From NCBI GenBank assembly GCA_035353995.1, contig DAOQAL010000001.1, positions 145,464-209,463 of the forward strand: 64,000 nucleotides of DNA, given 5' to 3'. Positions within the stretch are counted from its first letter, which is position 1. The number at the start of each line of letters is the position of its first letter. Shown here in pieces: positions 34,379-44,173 of this stretch. Origin of the DNA: Minisyncoccota bacterium. Lineage in GTDB: Bacteria; Patescibacteriota; Minisyncoccia; Phycocordibacterales; UBA9973. Below the pieces are notes generated by a model that saw nothing but the letters and a program-made list of their open reading frames with translations, had not been told where the DNA came from and did not search any database. Both the position numbers and the translations under genes were made by a program.

Positions 34379-37144
34379 ATGGAAGGATTGTTTTCAAAGG
34401 AAATTCCGAAATTTAAAACTCCAGAGGAAGAGTTAAGCTTTTTGCGTGCTCATATTGAAAAAAGAGAAAGAGAATTAAAGGCAAATGGTCAAATTGAACA
34501 CTCTACTGAAAATGTTGCAAAGAATGTTATTTTAGAATATAAAGAAGCACCTGCTAATGAAATTATTCATAAAGATAATTTATTAAGCAAAAGAGATACA
34601 CAAGAAATTGTTTTAAAATTGAAACCAGAAACTCATGATGCTGTTATGGAAGAGTTGCTTGGTGTTGTAATAACAAAAGGAATTAAAAATGCTTTAGAAA
34701 TTGTTAGTTCAATGAACAATCCTCACGTTGATGATGATTTTCAAAGATTACTTGTTCAATACTTAAAGACAGGACAAATAATATCAGGATTGAAAGAGGG
34801 GTCTCCTTTGTATAGAGAATTAAATATGACACTGTTTGAAATAACATTGCCACCACCTATAGATGAAGCTGATAAGCAAAAAAGTTTTAAAGAATTTATT
34901 AGCGCAATGGAACAATTTTATGCTGGTATGCAATCTATTTCTGTAAGTGTTAATAATGAAAGGGAAGAATACTTTTCTCTTGAAGTAGCATTGTCGAGCG
35001 AAAGTGACCAAGTTGTTATATATGCAGCAATACCAAATAAACACATTTCTCTTTTTGAAAAACAAGTTCTTGCATTTTATCATGATGCAAAAATAAAAGA
35101 AGTTCCTGACGATTACAATATTTTTAATGAAAAAGGTTATTCTGTTGGAGCTTATGCCACTTTTGCTGAACGTGCCGTTTTGCCAATTAAAACATACGAT
35201 AGTATAGAACATGACCCAATGAATATGATACTTAATGCTTTTTCTAAGTTAAAGACTAATGGCGAAGGAGCAGCAATACAAATTTTGATTGCTCCAGCTG
35301 GTAATAAATTTATAAATGAATTTCATAAAATATTAGATGATGTTAAAGATGGAATATCGGTAAAACATGCTGATGATAATCTTTATAAATTCAATAAAGC
35401 TTTTTTGAAAGCATCAAAAGAACTTTTGTTTAATACTGAAAAGAAAACAGAAGAGAAAAAAGAAAAATATATGAAGGGAAGACGTGCCGTAGATGAAGGT
35501 GCTGTTGAAAAAATTGGCAACAAATTGAAAAGTTCTATTTTAAAAGCAAATATAAGAATAGTTGCTTCAGGTGAGAATAAGGAAAGAGCAGAAGCAATAT
35601 TGCGAGAATTAGAATCTTCTTTTAATCAATTCACAGAAGCTGCAAGTAATAGAATTTTTTTCGAACAAATTTCTGGAAATGAATTAAAAAAACTATTTCA
35701 TGATTTTTCCTACAGAGCTTTTTCCCATGATAAAATTTTGCCAATGAATCTAAAAGAGTTATCTTCTGTTTTTCATTTTCCAGTTGGAATTTCTGGTCAG
35801 GCTCAACTAAAAGAAGCAAAAGCTGGAATTTCTCCAGCACCTATTGATATGTCACAAGATGGTATCGTTCTTGGAATAAACAGCTATAGGGGACGTGATA
35901 CTATGGTTCGTCTCAATAGGGAAGATAGAATGAGGCATTTTTATGTAATAGGGCAGACTGGTACAGGTAAAACAAATGTAATGTTAAATATGATAACTCA
36001 GGATATTAAAAATGGTGATGGATGTTGTTATATTGACCCTCATGGCACTGATATTCAAACAATATTATCACGTATACCAAAAGAGAGAATCGATGATGTA
36101 ATATATTTTGATCCAGCTTATACTGCGCGTCCAATGGGTTTAAATATGCTTGAATTTGATCCAAAATATCCAGAGCAAAAAACCTTTGTTGTGAATGAAC
36201 TGATGGGAATTTTTAATAAGTTATTCGATATGAAAACATCTGGTGGTCCAATGTTTGAGCAGTATTTTAAAAACTCTGCATTTTTAATTATGGAAGATCC
36301 AGAATCAGGTTGCACATTGCTTGAAATTTCAAGAGTGCTTGCTGATAAACAATTCCGTGATATGAAATTGGCTAAATGTAAGAATCCAATCATAAAACAG
36401 TTTTGGATTTCAGCTGAACAAACAACCGGTGATCAATCCTTGGCTAACTTTGTGCCTTATATAACTTCAAAATTTGATAATTTTATTTCAAATGACATAA
36501 TGCGTCCTGTTGTTTTACAAGAAAAATCTGTGTTTGATTTTCGTAAGATTATGGATGAGAAAAAAATTCTTTTAGTTAACCTTTCGAAAGGACGTTTGGG
36601 AGAAATGAATGCAAATTTAATAGGACTTGTTCTTGTTGGAAAAATTCAAATGGCAGCATTATCAAGAGTAGATATGTTTGGAAAACAAATGAATGATTTT
36701 TATCTTTATATTGATGAATTCCAGAATGTTACAACTGATTCCATAGCATCAATTCTTTCTGAAGCACGAAAATATCGTCTTTCTCTAAATGTTGCTCATC
36801 AATATATCTCTCAGTTAGAAGAATCAATTAAAAATGCAGTATTCGGTAACGTAGGTTCAATGGCTGTCTTTCGTGTAAGTTCTGAAGATGCTGAATTTTT
36901 AGAAAAAAGATTTCAACCAACATTTAAATCAGCTGATATTATGAAGTTGGATAATTACAATGCTTATGTAAGTATGTTAGTAAAAGGCCAGCCAACAAAG
37001 CCTTTTAATATTTATACTCTTCCACCAGAAAAAGGTAATCCAGAAATAGTAGAGAGTTTGAAAGAACTTTCTTACTTAAAATACGGTCGCGATAGGGAAG
37101 AAATAGAATCCGAAATTATGCACAAATACGAGAGACAACAATAA
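34379..37144 (+). CDS. VirD4/TrwB/TraD-like (HerA-FtsK superfamily) ATPase
   Basis: HFYVIGQTGTGKT Walker A; IDPHG; LYIDEFQN Walker B; SEARKYRL; HQYISQL. Confidence 0.88.
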   Translation: MEGLFSKEIPKFKTPEEELSFLRAHIEKRERELKANGQIEHSTENVAKNVILEYKEAPANEIIHKDNLLSKRDTQEIVLKLKPETHDAVMEELLGVVITKGIKNALEIVSSMNNPHVDDDFQRLLVQYLKTGQIISGLKEGSPLYRELNMTLFEITLPPPIDEADKQKSFKEFISAMEQFYAGMQSISVSVNNEREEYFSLEVALSSESDQVVIYAAIPNKHISLFEKQVLAFYHDAKIKEVPDDYNIFNEKGYSVGAYATFAERAVLPIKTYDSIEHDPMNMILNAFSKLKTNGEGAAIQILIAPAGNKFINEFHKILDDVKDGISVKHADDNLYKFNKAFLKASKELLFNTEKKTEEKKEKYMKGRRAVDEGAVEKIGNKLKSSILKANIRIVASGENKERAEAILRELESSFNQFTEAASNRIFFEQISGNELKKLFHDFSYRAFSHDKILPMNLKELSSVFHFPVGISGQAQLKEAKAGISPAPIDMSQDGIVLGINSYRGRDTMVRLNREDRMRHFYVIGQTGTGKTNVMLNMITQDIKNGDGCCYIDPHGTDIQTILSRIPKERIDDVIYFDPAYTARPMGLNMLEFDPKYPEQKTFVVNELMGIFNKLFDMKTSGGPMFEQYFKNSAFLIMEDPESGCTLLEISRVLADKQFRDMKLAKCKNPIIKQFWISAEQTTGDQSLANFVPYITSKFDNFISNDIMRPVVLQEKSVFDFRKIMDEKKILLVNLSKGRLGEMNANLIGLVLVGKIQMAALSRVDMFGKQMNDFYLYIDEFQNVTTDSIASILSEARKYRLSLNVAHQYISQLEESIKNAVFGNVGSMAVFRVSSEDAEFLEKRFQPTFKSADIMKLDNYNAYVSMLVKGQPTKPFNIYTLPPEKGNPEIVESLKELSYLKYGRDREEIESEIMHKYERQQ

Positions 37145-37147
37145 TTT

Positions 37148-37666
37148 ATGGAAGACGAAAACTTACTAGAATTTGGCATTAAAAGAGAAAACGAAGAACG
37201 TCGCGATGGTGGCTGTGCTGTTGTTTTTGACCCAGAATCACAGAAATATGCTGTATATATTAATACCAAGAACGGTATTTATGGATTATTCGGTGGAGGA
37301 TTTAATGAAGGCGAGGATGAAAAAGAAGGAGTACTCAGAGAGCTTAGGGAAGAGAGCGGGCTTTATGATTTTTTATATATCGAGAAAATTGACAAGGTTC
37401 TGACCCATTATTTTAACAGTAACAAAGAAGTAAATCGTGTTGCAACGGCGGTTTGTTTTTTGGTTATCCTAAAAAGTTCAGATCGAAAGGATCCAAAACT
37501 TGAAGAACATGAAAAATTCGAATTTATTTTTACTGAACCAAAAGAAATAATGAATAATTGGCAGTCCAGAAATCAAAATAAAGATTACGACCACTGGATT
37601 TATTTTTTGAAAAAAGGAACGGAACGGGCTGGGAAACTTGGTTATGATAAAAAAATCACCGAATAA
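37148..37666 (+). CDS. NUDIX hydrolase
   Basis: GGGFNEGEDEKEGVLRELREESG Nudix box. Confidence 0.88.
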   Translation: MEDENLLEFGIKRENEERRDGGCAVVFDPESQKYAVYINTKNGIYGLFGGGFNEGEDEKEGVLRELREESGLYDFLYIEKIDKVLTHYFNSNKEVNRVATAVCFLVILKSSDRKDPKLEEHEKFEFIFTEPKEIMNNWQSRNQNKDYDHWIYFLKKGTERAGKLGYDKKITE

Positions 37667-37675
37667 ATTTAAACT

Positions 37676-37711
37676 AAAAAAGGATTGCCTTATTAAATGG
37701 TAATCCTTTTT
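37676..37711 (+). terminator. Terminator after the NUDIX gene
   Basis: AAAAGGATTGCC...GGTAATCCTTTTT. Confidence 0.75.
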
Positions 37712-37782
37712 GTTATTATTGGCGTTTGCTAGAAAATCTGTTAGAATAGCTTTATTAATAGCTAAGTTTTTATAATAAAATT

Positions 37783-38367
37783 ATGAAACATCCAAAAGAA
37801 GAACAGACATATGTAATGATTAAGCCGGATGGAGTTCGTAAGGGCTTAATCGGTGAAATAATTAAACGTCTTGAACAGCGTGATTTGAAGATTGTTGCAT
37901 TGGAAATGTTCCAGCCAACCTTTGATATGATTAATGAGCATTATCCTAAGAAGGAGGAATGGATTACTCGACTTGGAGAAAAAACTAAAACTACATACGA
38001 AAAATACGGCTACGATTTGATTACTGATTTCGGTACTGACGATACATCAAAAATCGGACCAGAAGTTAGAAAGTGGTTGGTAGATTATATGACGAGTTCT
38101 CCACTTGTAAAAATGGCAGTACAAGGAGTGCATGCTGTTGATGTAGTCCGCAAGATTGCTGGTGACACAATGCCTTATAAGGCCGATATGGGAACCATTA
38201 GAGGAGATTTTTCCATAGATTCTCCAGCTTTGGCCAATAAAGAGAAACGGGCAGTCATGAATATTATTCATTGTTCCGAGACTCCCGAAGAAGCAGAGCA
38301 CGAAATAAAGCATTGGTTTGGTAATCAGAAAACTTACGACTATAAACGCTTTGGAGTAGACGAATAA
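37783..38367 (+). CDS. ndk: Nucleoside diphosphate kinase
   Basis: EQTYVMIKPDGV, GTIRGDF, NIIHCSE. Confidence 0.95.
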   Translation: MKHPKEEQTYVMIKPDGVRKGLIGEIIKRLEQRDLKIVALEMFQPTFDMINEHYPKKEEWITRLGEKTKTTYEKYGYDLITDFGTDDTSKIGPEVRKWLVDYMTSSPLVKMAVQGVHAVDVVRKIAGDTMPYKADMGTIRGDFSIDSPALANKEKRAVMNIIHCSETPEEAEHEIKHWFGNQKTYDYKRFGVDE

Positions 38368-38374
38368 AATTTGA

Positions 38375-38403
38375 CAAAATCCCCGAGAGGGGATTTTGCT
38401 TTT
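38375..38403 (+). terminator. Terminator after ndk
   Basis: CAAAATCCCC-GAGA-GGGGATTTTG plus T-tract. Confidence 0.8.
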
Positions 38404-38454
38404 ATGGAGCATGCTTGTTTTTGTTAAAAATCTGTGTTTGTATTGAAAAATTAA

Positions 38455-38482
38455 TTGCAAAAAGTTTTATTTAAGTTAGACT
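38455..38482 (+). promoter_or_regulatory. Promoter of the ncRNA
   Basis: TTGCAA-16 nt-TAGACT; predicted +1 matches the start of the closing stem. Confidence 0.6.
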
Positions 38483-38488
38483 TTAAGT

Positions 38489-38613
38489 AGGGTTATTTCC
38501 AATTATTACCTAGAACAATATTTTTTGGGAACCTCGATCCCGTTTTGCCTTGGCAAAACAGGTCTGGCACCCACCTAGCTTATAGCTACGGTAATATATT
38601 GGAAATAGTCCTA
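38489..38613 (+). ncRNA. ssrS: Probable 6S RNA (compact)
   Basis: Closing stem AGGGTTATTTCCAATTATTACC / GGTAATATATTGGAAATAGTCCT, central unpaired bubble, apical stem GTTTTGCC-TT-GGCAAAAC; own promoter and terminator. Confidence 0.7.
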
Positions 38614-38648
38614 AGAAAAATTCCACTTTTATGTGGATTTTTTCTTTT
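38613..38648 (+). terminator. Terminator after the ncRNA
   Basis: AAGAAAAATTCCAC...GTGGATTTTTTCTT. Confidence 0.75.
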
Positions 38649-38694
38649 CAGGAGAATTTTTTAGAAAAAGTTATAAAATGATATAATTATATTA

Positions 38695-39078
38695 ATGATA
38701 AATAGAAAAAAGTTATTAAATAGAATTATTTTGTTTATTTTGTTTATTTTTGTTCTTAATTTTTTGGCTATGAAATTTTATTGGTATTCAAGCATATGGT
38801 GGTTTGATATGCCAATGCATTTATTAGGTGGATTTTGGATTGGTATTACATTAATTTGGTTTCTATCGCTAAAAAATTTATCATTAAAGAATGTTATTAT
38901 TGTAATTTTAGGTGTTTTGTTAGTTGGTATAGGATGGGAAATATTTGAAATATCAGTTGATAAAATCGTAACAGGCAACGTATTCAATGTTTTAGATACA
39001 ATGTCAGATATATGTTTTGATTTATCTGGTGGTTTTTTATCCATGTTTTATTTCTTAAAAAGAATTATGGTTAAATAA
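38695..39078 (+). CDS. Small integral membrane protein (DUF2238/VanZ-like)
   Basis: WWFDMPMHLLGG, WEIFE, DTMSD motifs; four TM helices. Confidence 0.7.
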   Translation: MINRKKLLNRIILFILFIFVLNFLAMKFYWYSSIWWFDMPMHLLGGFWIGITLIWFLSLKNLSLKNVIIVILGVLLVGIGWEIFEISVDKIVTGNVFNVLDTMSDICFDLSGGFLSMFYFLKRIMVK

Positions 39079-39101
39079 AAAATTAAGTTATAATAAAAAT
39101 A

Positions 39102-40466
39102 ATGAACAGCATAGTAAAAATAACATTTTGTGGTGGAACAGGCTCTGTAACGGGAGCAAATTTTTTATTAGAAGCAGAAAATAAAAAAATATTAATTGAT
39201 TGTGGACTAACTCAGGGTTTGAAACTAGCTGATGATATAAACTGGGATCCTTTTGTTTATGATCCGAAAGAAATAGATATGCTATTTGTTACACATGCAC
39301 ATGTTGATCATATTGGAAGAATTCCAAAATTAATTAATGAAGGTTTTCGTGGAAAAATTTATTCTACATTACCAACAAAAGCATTAGCGTCACCAATGCT
39401 TGAAGATACAATGGGTATTCTTTCAAAAAATAAAGAATATGATTTAGGCAGTATATATACTGAAGAAAATATTAAAATCGCATTGTCACTTTGGCAAGGA
39501 TATAATTTTCATGAATCAATAAAAATTGCTGATAATTTTGAAGTCTCATTTTTGAATTCTGGACATATACTTGGTTCAGCAATGGTTCAATTTATTTTAA
39601 ATGGAAAGAAAATTATTTTTACAGGTGATTTAGGTAATAGTCCTTCTATGTTGTTACCTGATACTGAGATTATAAAAGACGCTGATTATTTAATAATGGA
39701 AAGCGTTTATGGAGATAGAAATCACGAATCAAGAGACGAACGCCAGAAATATTTAGAAAATACTATTAAGGATAATTATAGAGCAAAAGGTACCCTTATA
39801 ATTCCAACTTTCTCTCTCGAAAGGTCTCAGGAGCTTCTTTTTGAATTGAATGACATGGTAGAGAATAATCGTATTCCTGTAATGCCAATTTTCTTTGATT
39901 CTCCACTAGCTATTCGTCTCACTGAAATTTTTAAACAGTTTAAAAATTATTTTAATGAGAATGCTCAAAAGGTAATGATTCACGATAAGTATATTTTTGA
40001 TTTTCCTGGTCTTCACTCAACTTTACAATCTGAAGAATCAAAAATGATTAATTCTGCACCAAATCCAAAAGTTATTATTGCTGGATCAGGTATGTCGGCT
40101 GGTGGTCGCATTGTTCATCATGAAAAACATTTTTTGCCTGATCCAAATAACACATTACTTCTTACTGGTTATCAATCAGTTGGAACTCCAGGTCGTTTAA
40201 TTCAAGAGGGTGTAAGAACAGTTCGCATTTCTGGAGAAAATGTAATTGTAAGATCTCATGTTGTTACAATATCAGGTTACTCTGGACATAAAGACTCAAA
40301 TGGTTTGATTGAATTTGTAGAAAATATGGCAGATAATGTTAAAAAAATTTTTGTAGTGATGGGTGAACCAAAGTCTTCAATGTTTTTAGTTCAAAAAATA
40401 AGAGATAATTTTGGTATCGAAGCTAGCGCACCAGAAAGAAACGAAACTATTTCATTTATTTGTTAA
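39102..40466 (+). CDS. MBL-fold beta-CASP ribonuclease
   Basis: VTGAN, DCG, THAHVDHIG, GHILGS, TGDLG, MESVYG, SGH. Confidence 0.92.
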   Translation: MNSIVKITFCGGTGSVTGANFLLEAENKKILIDCGLTQGLKLADDINWDPFVYDPKEIDMLFVTHAHVDHIGRIPKLINEGFRGKIYSTLPTKALASPMLEDTMGILSKNKEYDLGSIYTEENIKIALSLWQGYNFHESIKIADNFEVSFLNSGHILGSAMVQFILNGKKIIFTGDLGNSPSMLLPDTEIIKDADYLIMESVYGDRNHESRDERQKYLENTIKDNYRAKGTLIIPTFSLERSQELLFELNDMVENNRIPVMPIFFDSPLAIRLTEIFKQFKNYFNENAQKVMIHDKYIFDFPGLHSTLQSEESKMINSAPNPKVIIAGSGMSAGGRIVHHEKHFLPDPNNTLLLTGYQSVGTPGRLIQEGVRTVRISGENVIVRSHVVTISGYSGHKDSNGLIEFVENMADNVKKIFVVMGEPKSSMFLVQKIRDNFGIEASAPERNETISFIC

Positions 40467-40489
40467 TTAATATATAATACATAACTATT

Positions 40490-41083
40490 ATGAATTCAAA
40501 AACATTTTTAAATAATAATGATAAGCACGGACACAGACAAATAAAAATTTGTGTTTCTGGTGCTGCAGAGACTGGACATTGCGGTTTAGATGCTTTAGAA
40601 AAAACAAAAGAACTTGGAAGGGAAATAGCAAGACAGGGTGCAATTCTTGTTACGGGTGCAACAACCGGTGTTCCTCTTTGGGCAGCTATGGGGGCAAAAG
40701 AAGTTGGGGGAGTGTCAATTGGTTTTTCTCCAGCATCAACAGAAAAAGAACATGTTGAAGTGTATAAATTGCCGATAGATTATATGGATTTAATAATTTA
40801 TACTGGTTTTGGTTATCCTGGTAGAGATTTATTACTTACTCGTTCTGTTGATGCTGTAGTTTGTGGTTGTGGGCGAGTTGGCACAATACATGAATTTGCT
40901 GTTGCCTTTGAAGATAATAAAGCAATAGGAATATATGAAGGTTCTTGGGAAATGGGCGAAGAATTGAAAGAAATAGTTGAAAAAAGTCATCGTCCATATT
41001 CAAAAATAGTCTCGGGTGATGATCCTAAGAAACTTGTTTCAGACTTGATAGATCTTGTAAATAAAGATAAATTAGATAAATAA
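40490..41083 (+). CDS. LOG/SLOG family protein
   Basis: ELGREIA, LVTGATTGVP, GRVGTIHEF. Confidence 0.82.
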   Translation: MNSKTFLNNNDKHGHRQIKICVSGAAETGHCGLDALEKTKELGREIARQGAILVTGATTGVPLWAAMGAKEVGGVSIGFSPASTEKEHVEVYKLPIDYMDLIIYTGFGYPGRDLLLTRSVDAVVCGCGRVGTIHEFAVAFEDNKAIGIYEGSWEMGEELKEIVEKSHRPYSKIVSGDDPKKLVSDLIDLVNKDKLDK

Positions 41084-41085
41084 AC

Positions 41086-41121
41086 AAAATAAAAACACCC
41101 TTGCAAGGGTGTTTTTATTTT
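41086..41121. terminator. Bidirectional terminator between the LOG gene and rplT
   Basis: AAAATAAAAACACCCTT-GC-AAGGGTGTTTTTATTTT. Confidence 0.85.
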
Positions 41122-41126
41122 TAGTT

Positions 41127-41471
41127 TTATTTTAGGCTTGCTATAACTTTAGCAAATGTTTTTGGATTATTTTCTGCAAGATCTGCTAGTATTTTTCTAT
41201 CAAGTTCTATTTTGTTTTTCTTCAATGTGTCTATTAATTTTGAATAAGACATTCCATTCTCACGACTTCCAGCATTTATTTTAATATTCCATAACTTTCT
41301 GTTGTGTGATTTCTTATCTTTTCTGTGGGCGAAAGCGTAATTTCCAGCATGCAATAAAGCATCTTTTGCTTGACGCTCTTTTGTGCTACGACCATGCCTA
41401 AAACCTTTTGTTTGTTTTAAAACACTTCTTCTCCTTTTTAATGCATGTACTCCCTTTTTTACTCTTGTCAT
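41127..41471 (-). CDS. rplT: 50S ribosomal protein bL20
   Basis: MTRVKKG, RKLWNIKINA, LDRKILADLA. Confidence 0.96.
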   Translation of the reverse strand: MTRVKKGVHALKRRRSVLKQTKGFRHGRSTKERQAKDALLHAGNYAFAHRKDKKSHNRKLWNIKINAGSRENGMSYSKLIDTLKKNKIELDRKILADLAENNPKTFAKVIASLK

Positions 41472-41498
41472 GTTTTTGTTCTTATTAAGAAATTATTT

Positions 41499-41684
41499 TT
41501 AACTAAATGGTAACAAGTGACTTTTTGGTTTGTTTTTTATTACAAAGCCCTTACCTTTACGACCAGCTAATTGTGCATTACGTGATTGTTTTGCATTGAA
41601 ATGGTTAAAGCCTGGTTTCCTTGAAATCAATTTACCATTCTTTGTTATTTTTAATCTTTTTGTATATGACTTATTTGTTTTCAT
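41499..41684 (-). CDS. rpmI: 50S ribosomal protein bL35
   Basis: MKTNKSYTKRLKITKNGK; lies between infC and rplT. Confidence 0.92.
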   Translation of the reverse strand: MKTNKSYTKRLKITKNGKLISRKPGFNHFNAKQSRNAQLAGRKGKGFVIKNKPKSHLLPFS

Positions 41685-41755
41685 TTTTTCTACCTAAATT
41701 TTTAATAATTTATTTTTTGACCTCCACATAATTTTTTGTAAAAAACTTTGTGGAT

Positions 41756-42262
41756 TTATTTCGCTTTTTCTATTGTTATAAACAAACCCTTAGGACCTCT
41801 TTTACAAGAGTCTGATACTTTGTAATCTTCAGTTATTAAGTGAAGTACTCTGTCTAAGCGTTCTTTTAAAAAACTTTCATCCATGAATTTGGCACGTCCA
41901 GAAAGAAACAATTCTATTTTTATTCTGTGACCTTCCTTTAACCACTTAGAAGCTGTTTTAGCTTTTAATCCTAAATCATGATCTCCAGTACCAATTTTTA
42001 TCTGTATAGACTTAGTTTCTGTAATTTTTGCACCAGCTTTTGCTTTTTTTAATTTTTTACTAGCTTCATATTGATACTTACCAAAATCCATTATCTTTGC
42101 CACTGGGGGATTTGCATTTGGTGATATTTCAATCAAATCAAGACCTTTACTTTGGGCAAGTTCTAAAGCATCTTTAATATTTAAAATGCCAAGATTTTGA
42201 TTTTCGTTATCAACGACGCGAAGCTCGCTGGCTCGTATTTGGTTGTTTATTCTTTCTCTCAA
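41756..42262 (-). CDS. infC: Translation initiation factor IF-3 (TTG start)
   Basis: RINNQIRA, LDLIEISPNANPPVAKIMDFGKY. Confidence 0.94.
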   Translation of the reverse strand: MRERINNQIRASELRVVDNENQNLGILNIKDALELAQSKGLDLIEISPNANPPVAKIMDFGKYQYEASKKLKKAKAGAKITETKSIQIKIGTGDHDLGLKAKTASKWLKEGHRIKIELFLSGRAKFMDESFLKERLDRVLHLITEDYKVSDSCKRGPKGLFITIEKAK

Positions 42263-42299
42263 TGTATATTTATAAAGCTATAACTTAAATGAGTTTACC

Positions 42300-43664
42300 T
42301 TATTTTAGCCCCAAAGTCAATTTAGTCTCTGTAAATAAGGCATCTATTCTTTCTTGTGTTTTTGCTTCTCCAAAAAGTCTAATTATTGGTTCAGTATTAG
42401 ATGGTCTTAGATGTAGCCATGAACCATCTGGTAAATCTAGGCGTAAACCATCTTGTTCGTCTATTTTAGCATTCGCAAAATGAGACTTAAGTGTTAAATA
42501 TATTTTTGATAAGTCTTCTCCAATTTGCCATTTGTCTTTTTTAATAAAATATTTTGGCATAGTTTCTATGCATTTGCTTACTGTTTGTTTCCTTTCCGCC
42601 AATAGCTCAAGAACCAACGAAAGGGCAGTAAAACTGTCACGACAAGTATTTATTGTAGGATAAATAACCCCACCATTTCCTTCTCCACCTATTATTGCGT
42701 TTTTGGAAATGATTTTATCAACAACATAGCCTTCTCCGATTTTTGAACGATAGCATTCACTGCCATATTTTTTTGCTATGTCAGATCCCATTTGAGATGT
42801 TGATAAATTAAGAACTACAGGTTTACCAGGATTTTTAGATAAAATATTTTCTATCCCAAAAACTACAGAATATTCTTCAGAAACGACTTCTCCTTTTTCA
42901 TTTATTATTACAAGCCTGTCAGCATCTGGATCGTGAACAAAACCAATATCAGCTTTTATTTCTCTTGTAACCTTCATTGTCTCTTCTAAATTTTCTCTCA
43001 ATGGTTCTGGTCTATGTGCAAATTTACCATTTGGTATATTATTAAGTGGTATTAATTCAACTCCAAGTTGTTCAAAAAGGTATGGATCCATTACACAAGC
43101 AGAAGCATTTATCATATCTGCAACAACTTTAAATTTTCTTTCTTTGATGGCGTTTATATTTATATTTTTTAATATATGATCAATGTGTTCTTTTGGAAAA
43201 TTTGGTGTTTCTAAAGGAATATATTCTTTAGGATGCATTTCTAAATTTTCTTCTACTTCGAAATATTCATTTATTTTTTTAACCTCTTCTTCAATAGTAA
43301 AAAGAGCATTTTTGTTTACAAATTTTAGCCCATTGTATTCTATTGGGTTATGACTTGCTGTAATAATTATTGCGCCATCATATTTATGTTTACGAACAGA
43401 AAATAAAACTGTAGGTGTTGGCATAATATCTCCATCAACAATATTAACGTTAAGACTATTTAATTCCTTTATAATTATTTTTCTAATTTGTGGACCACTT
43501 TCTCTTCCGTCACGTCCGATTAGTATTGTAGGATTTTCTTTTTTTGAATCTTCTTTTGTAAAACGCACAAAAGCTCTGGTATATAAAATAACAATTTCTT
43601 CTGTGAGTGTTTCTCCCCAGACGCCCCTATACCCAGAAACATTTAATTTTCTTTTTAAAATCAT
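42300..43664 (-). CDS. Phosphoglucosamine mutase / phosphomannomutase family
   Basis: GRDGRESG, ITASHNP, DPDADRL, GGEGNGG, RPSNTEP. Confidence 0.92.
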   Translation of the reverse strand: MILKRKLNVSGYRGVWGETLTEEIVILYTRAFVRFTKEDSKKENPTILIGRDGRESGPQIRKIIIKELNSLNVNIVDGDIMPTPTVLFSVRKHKYDGAIIITASHNPIEYNGLKFVNKNALFTIEEEVKKINEYFEVEENLEMHPKEYIPLETPNFPKEHIDHILKNININAIKERKFKVVADMINASACVMDPYLFEQLGVELIPLNNIPNGKFAHRPEPLRENLEETMKVTREIKADIGFVHDPDADRLVIINEKGEVVSEEYSVVFGIENILSKNPGKPVVLNLSTSQMGSDIAKKYGSECYRSKIGEGYVVDKIISKNAIIGGEGNGGVIYPTINTCRDSFTALSLVLELLAERKQTVSKCIETMPKYFIKKDKWQIGEDLSKIYLTLKSHFANAKIDEQDGLRLDLPDGSWLHLRPSNTEPIIRLFGEAKTQERIDALFTETKLTLGLK

Positions 43665-43714
43665 AATTTAATTATATGCTTTTTATTACTTTCCTCAAAT
43701 GCTAATATAAAGAT

Positions 43715-44161
43715 ATGGCATTTTATTCAGAAAACAGAAAAGCTAGATTCAACTATGAATTTTTGGACAAATACGAAGCAGGTATTGAGCTTTTGGGTAT
43801 AGAAGTAAAGTCTATAAGGGCAGGACAAATATCTTTAGAGGGGTCATTTGTAATAGTTAGGGGAGGAGAAGTGTTTTTAATAAATGCGAATATTCCACCT
43901 TATCAGCCAAATAATACACCAAAAGAATATGATCCATTACGAAATAGAAAACTTTTACTTACTAAAGATGAAATAAAAAAACTTTCCGAAAGTGATAAAA
44001 ATAAAAATTTGACAATAATACCAATTTCAGTGTATAATAAAGACAGAAAAATAAAAGTTGAGATTGTTTTGGCTAAAGGAAAGAAAAAATTTGATAAAAG
44101 AGAGAATATAAAAAAGAGAGATATAGATCGTGAACTAAGACGCGAATACAAAGATCGTTAA
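43715..44161 (+). CDS. smpB: SsrA-binding protein
   Basis: NRKARFNY, EAGIELLGIEVKSIR, RKLLL, KGKKKFDKRE. Confidence 0.97.
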   Translation: MAFYSENRKARFNYEFLDKYEAGIELLGIEVKSIRAGQISLEGSFVIVRGGEVFLINANIPPYQPNNTPKEYDPLRNRKLLLTKDEIKKLSESDKNKNLTIIPISVYNKDRKIKVEIVLAKGKKKFDKRENIKKRDIDRELRREYKDR

Positions 44162-44173
44162 AAATAAAATTAT

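Noticed and set aside
34379-37144. Integrative conjugative element
   Set aside because: No relaxase, VirB4/mating-pair genes, integrase or att repeats adjacent
38489-38613. SRP (4.5S) RNA identity for this hairpin or for the rpsN leader
   Set aside because: Neither has the helix-8 GNRA loop with the CAGG/AGCA symmetric loop
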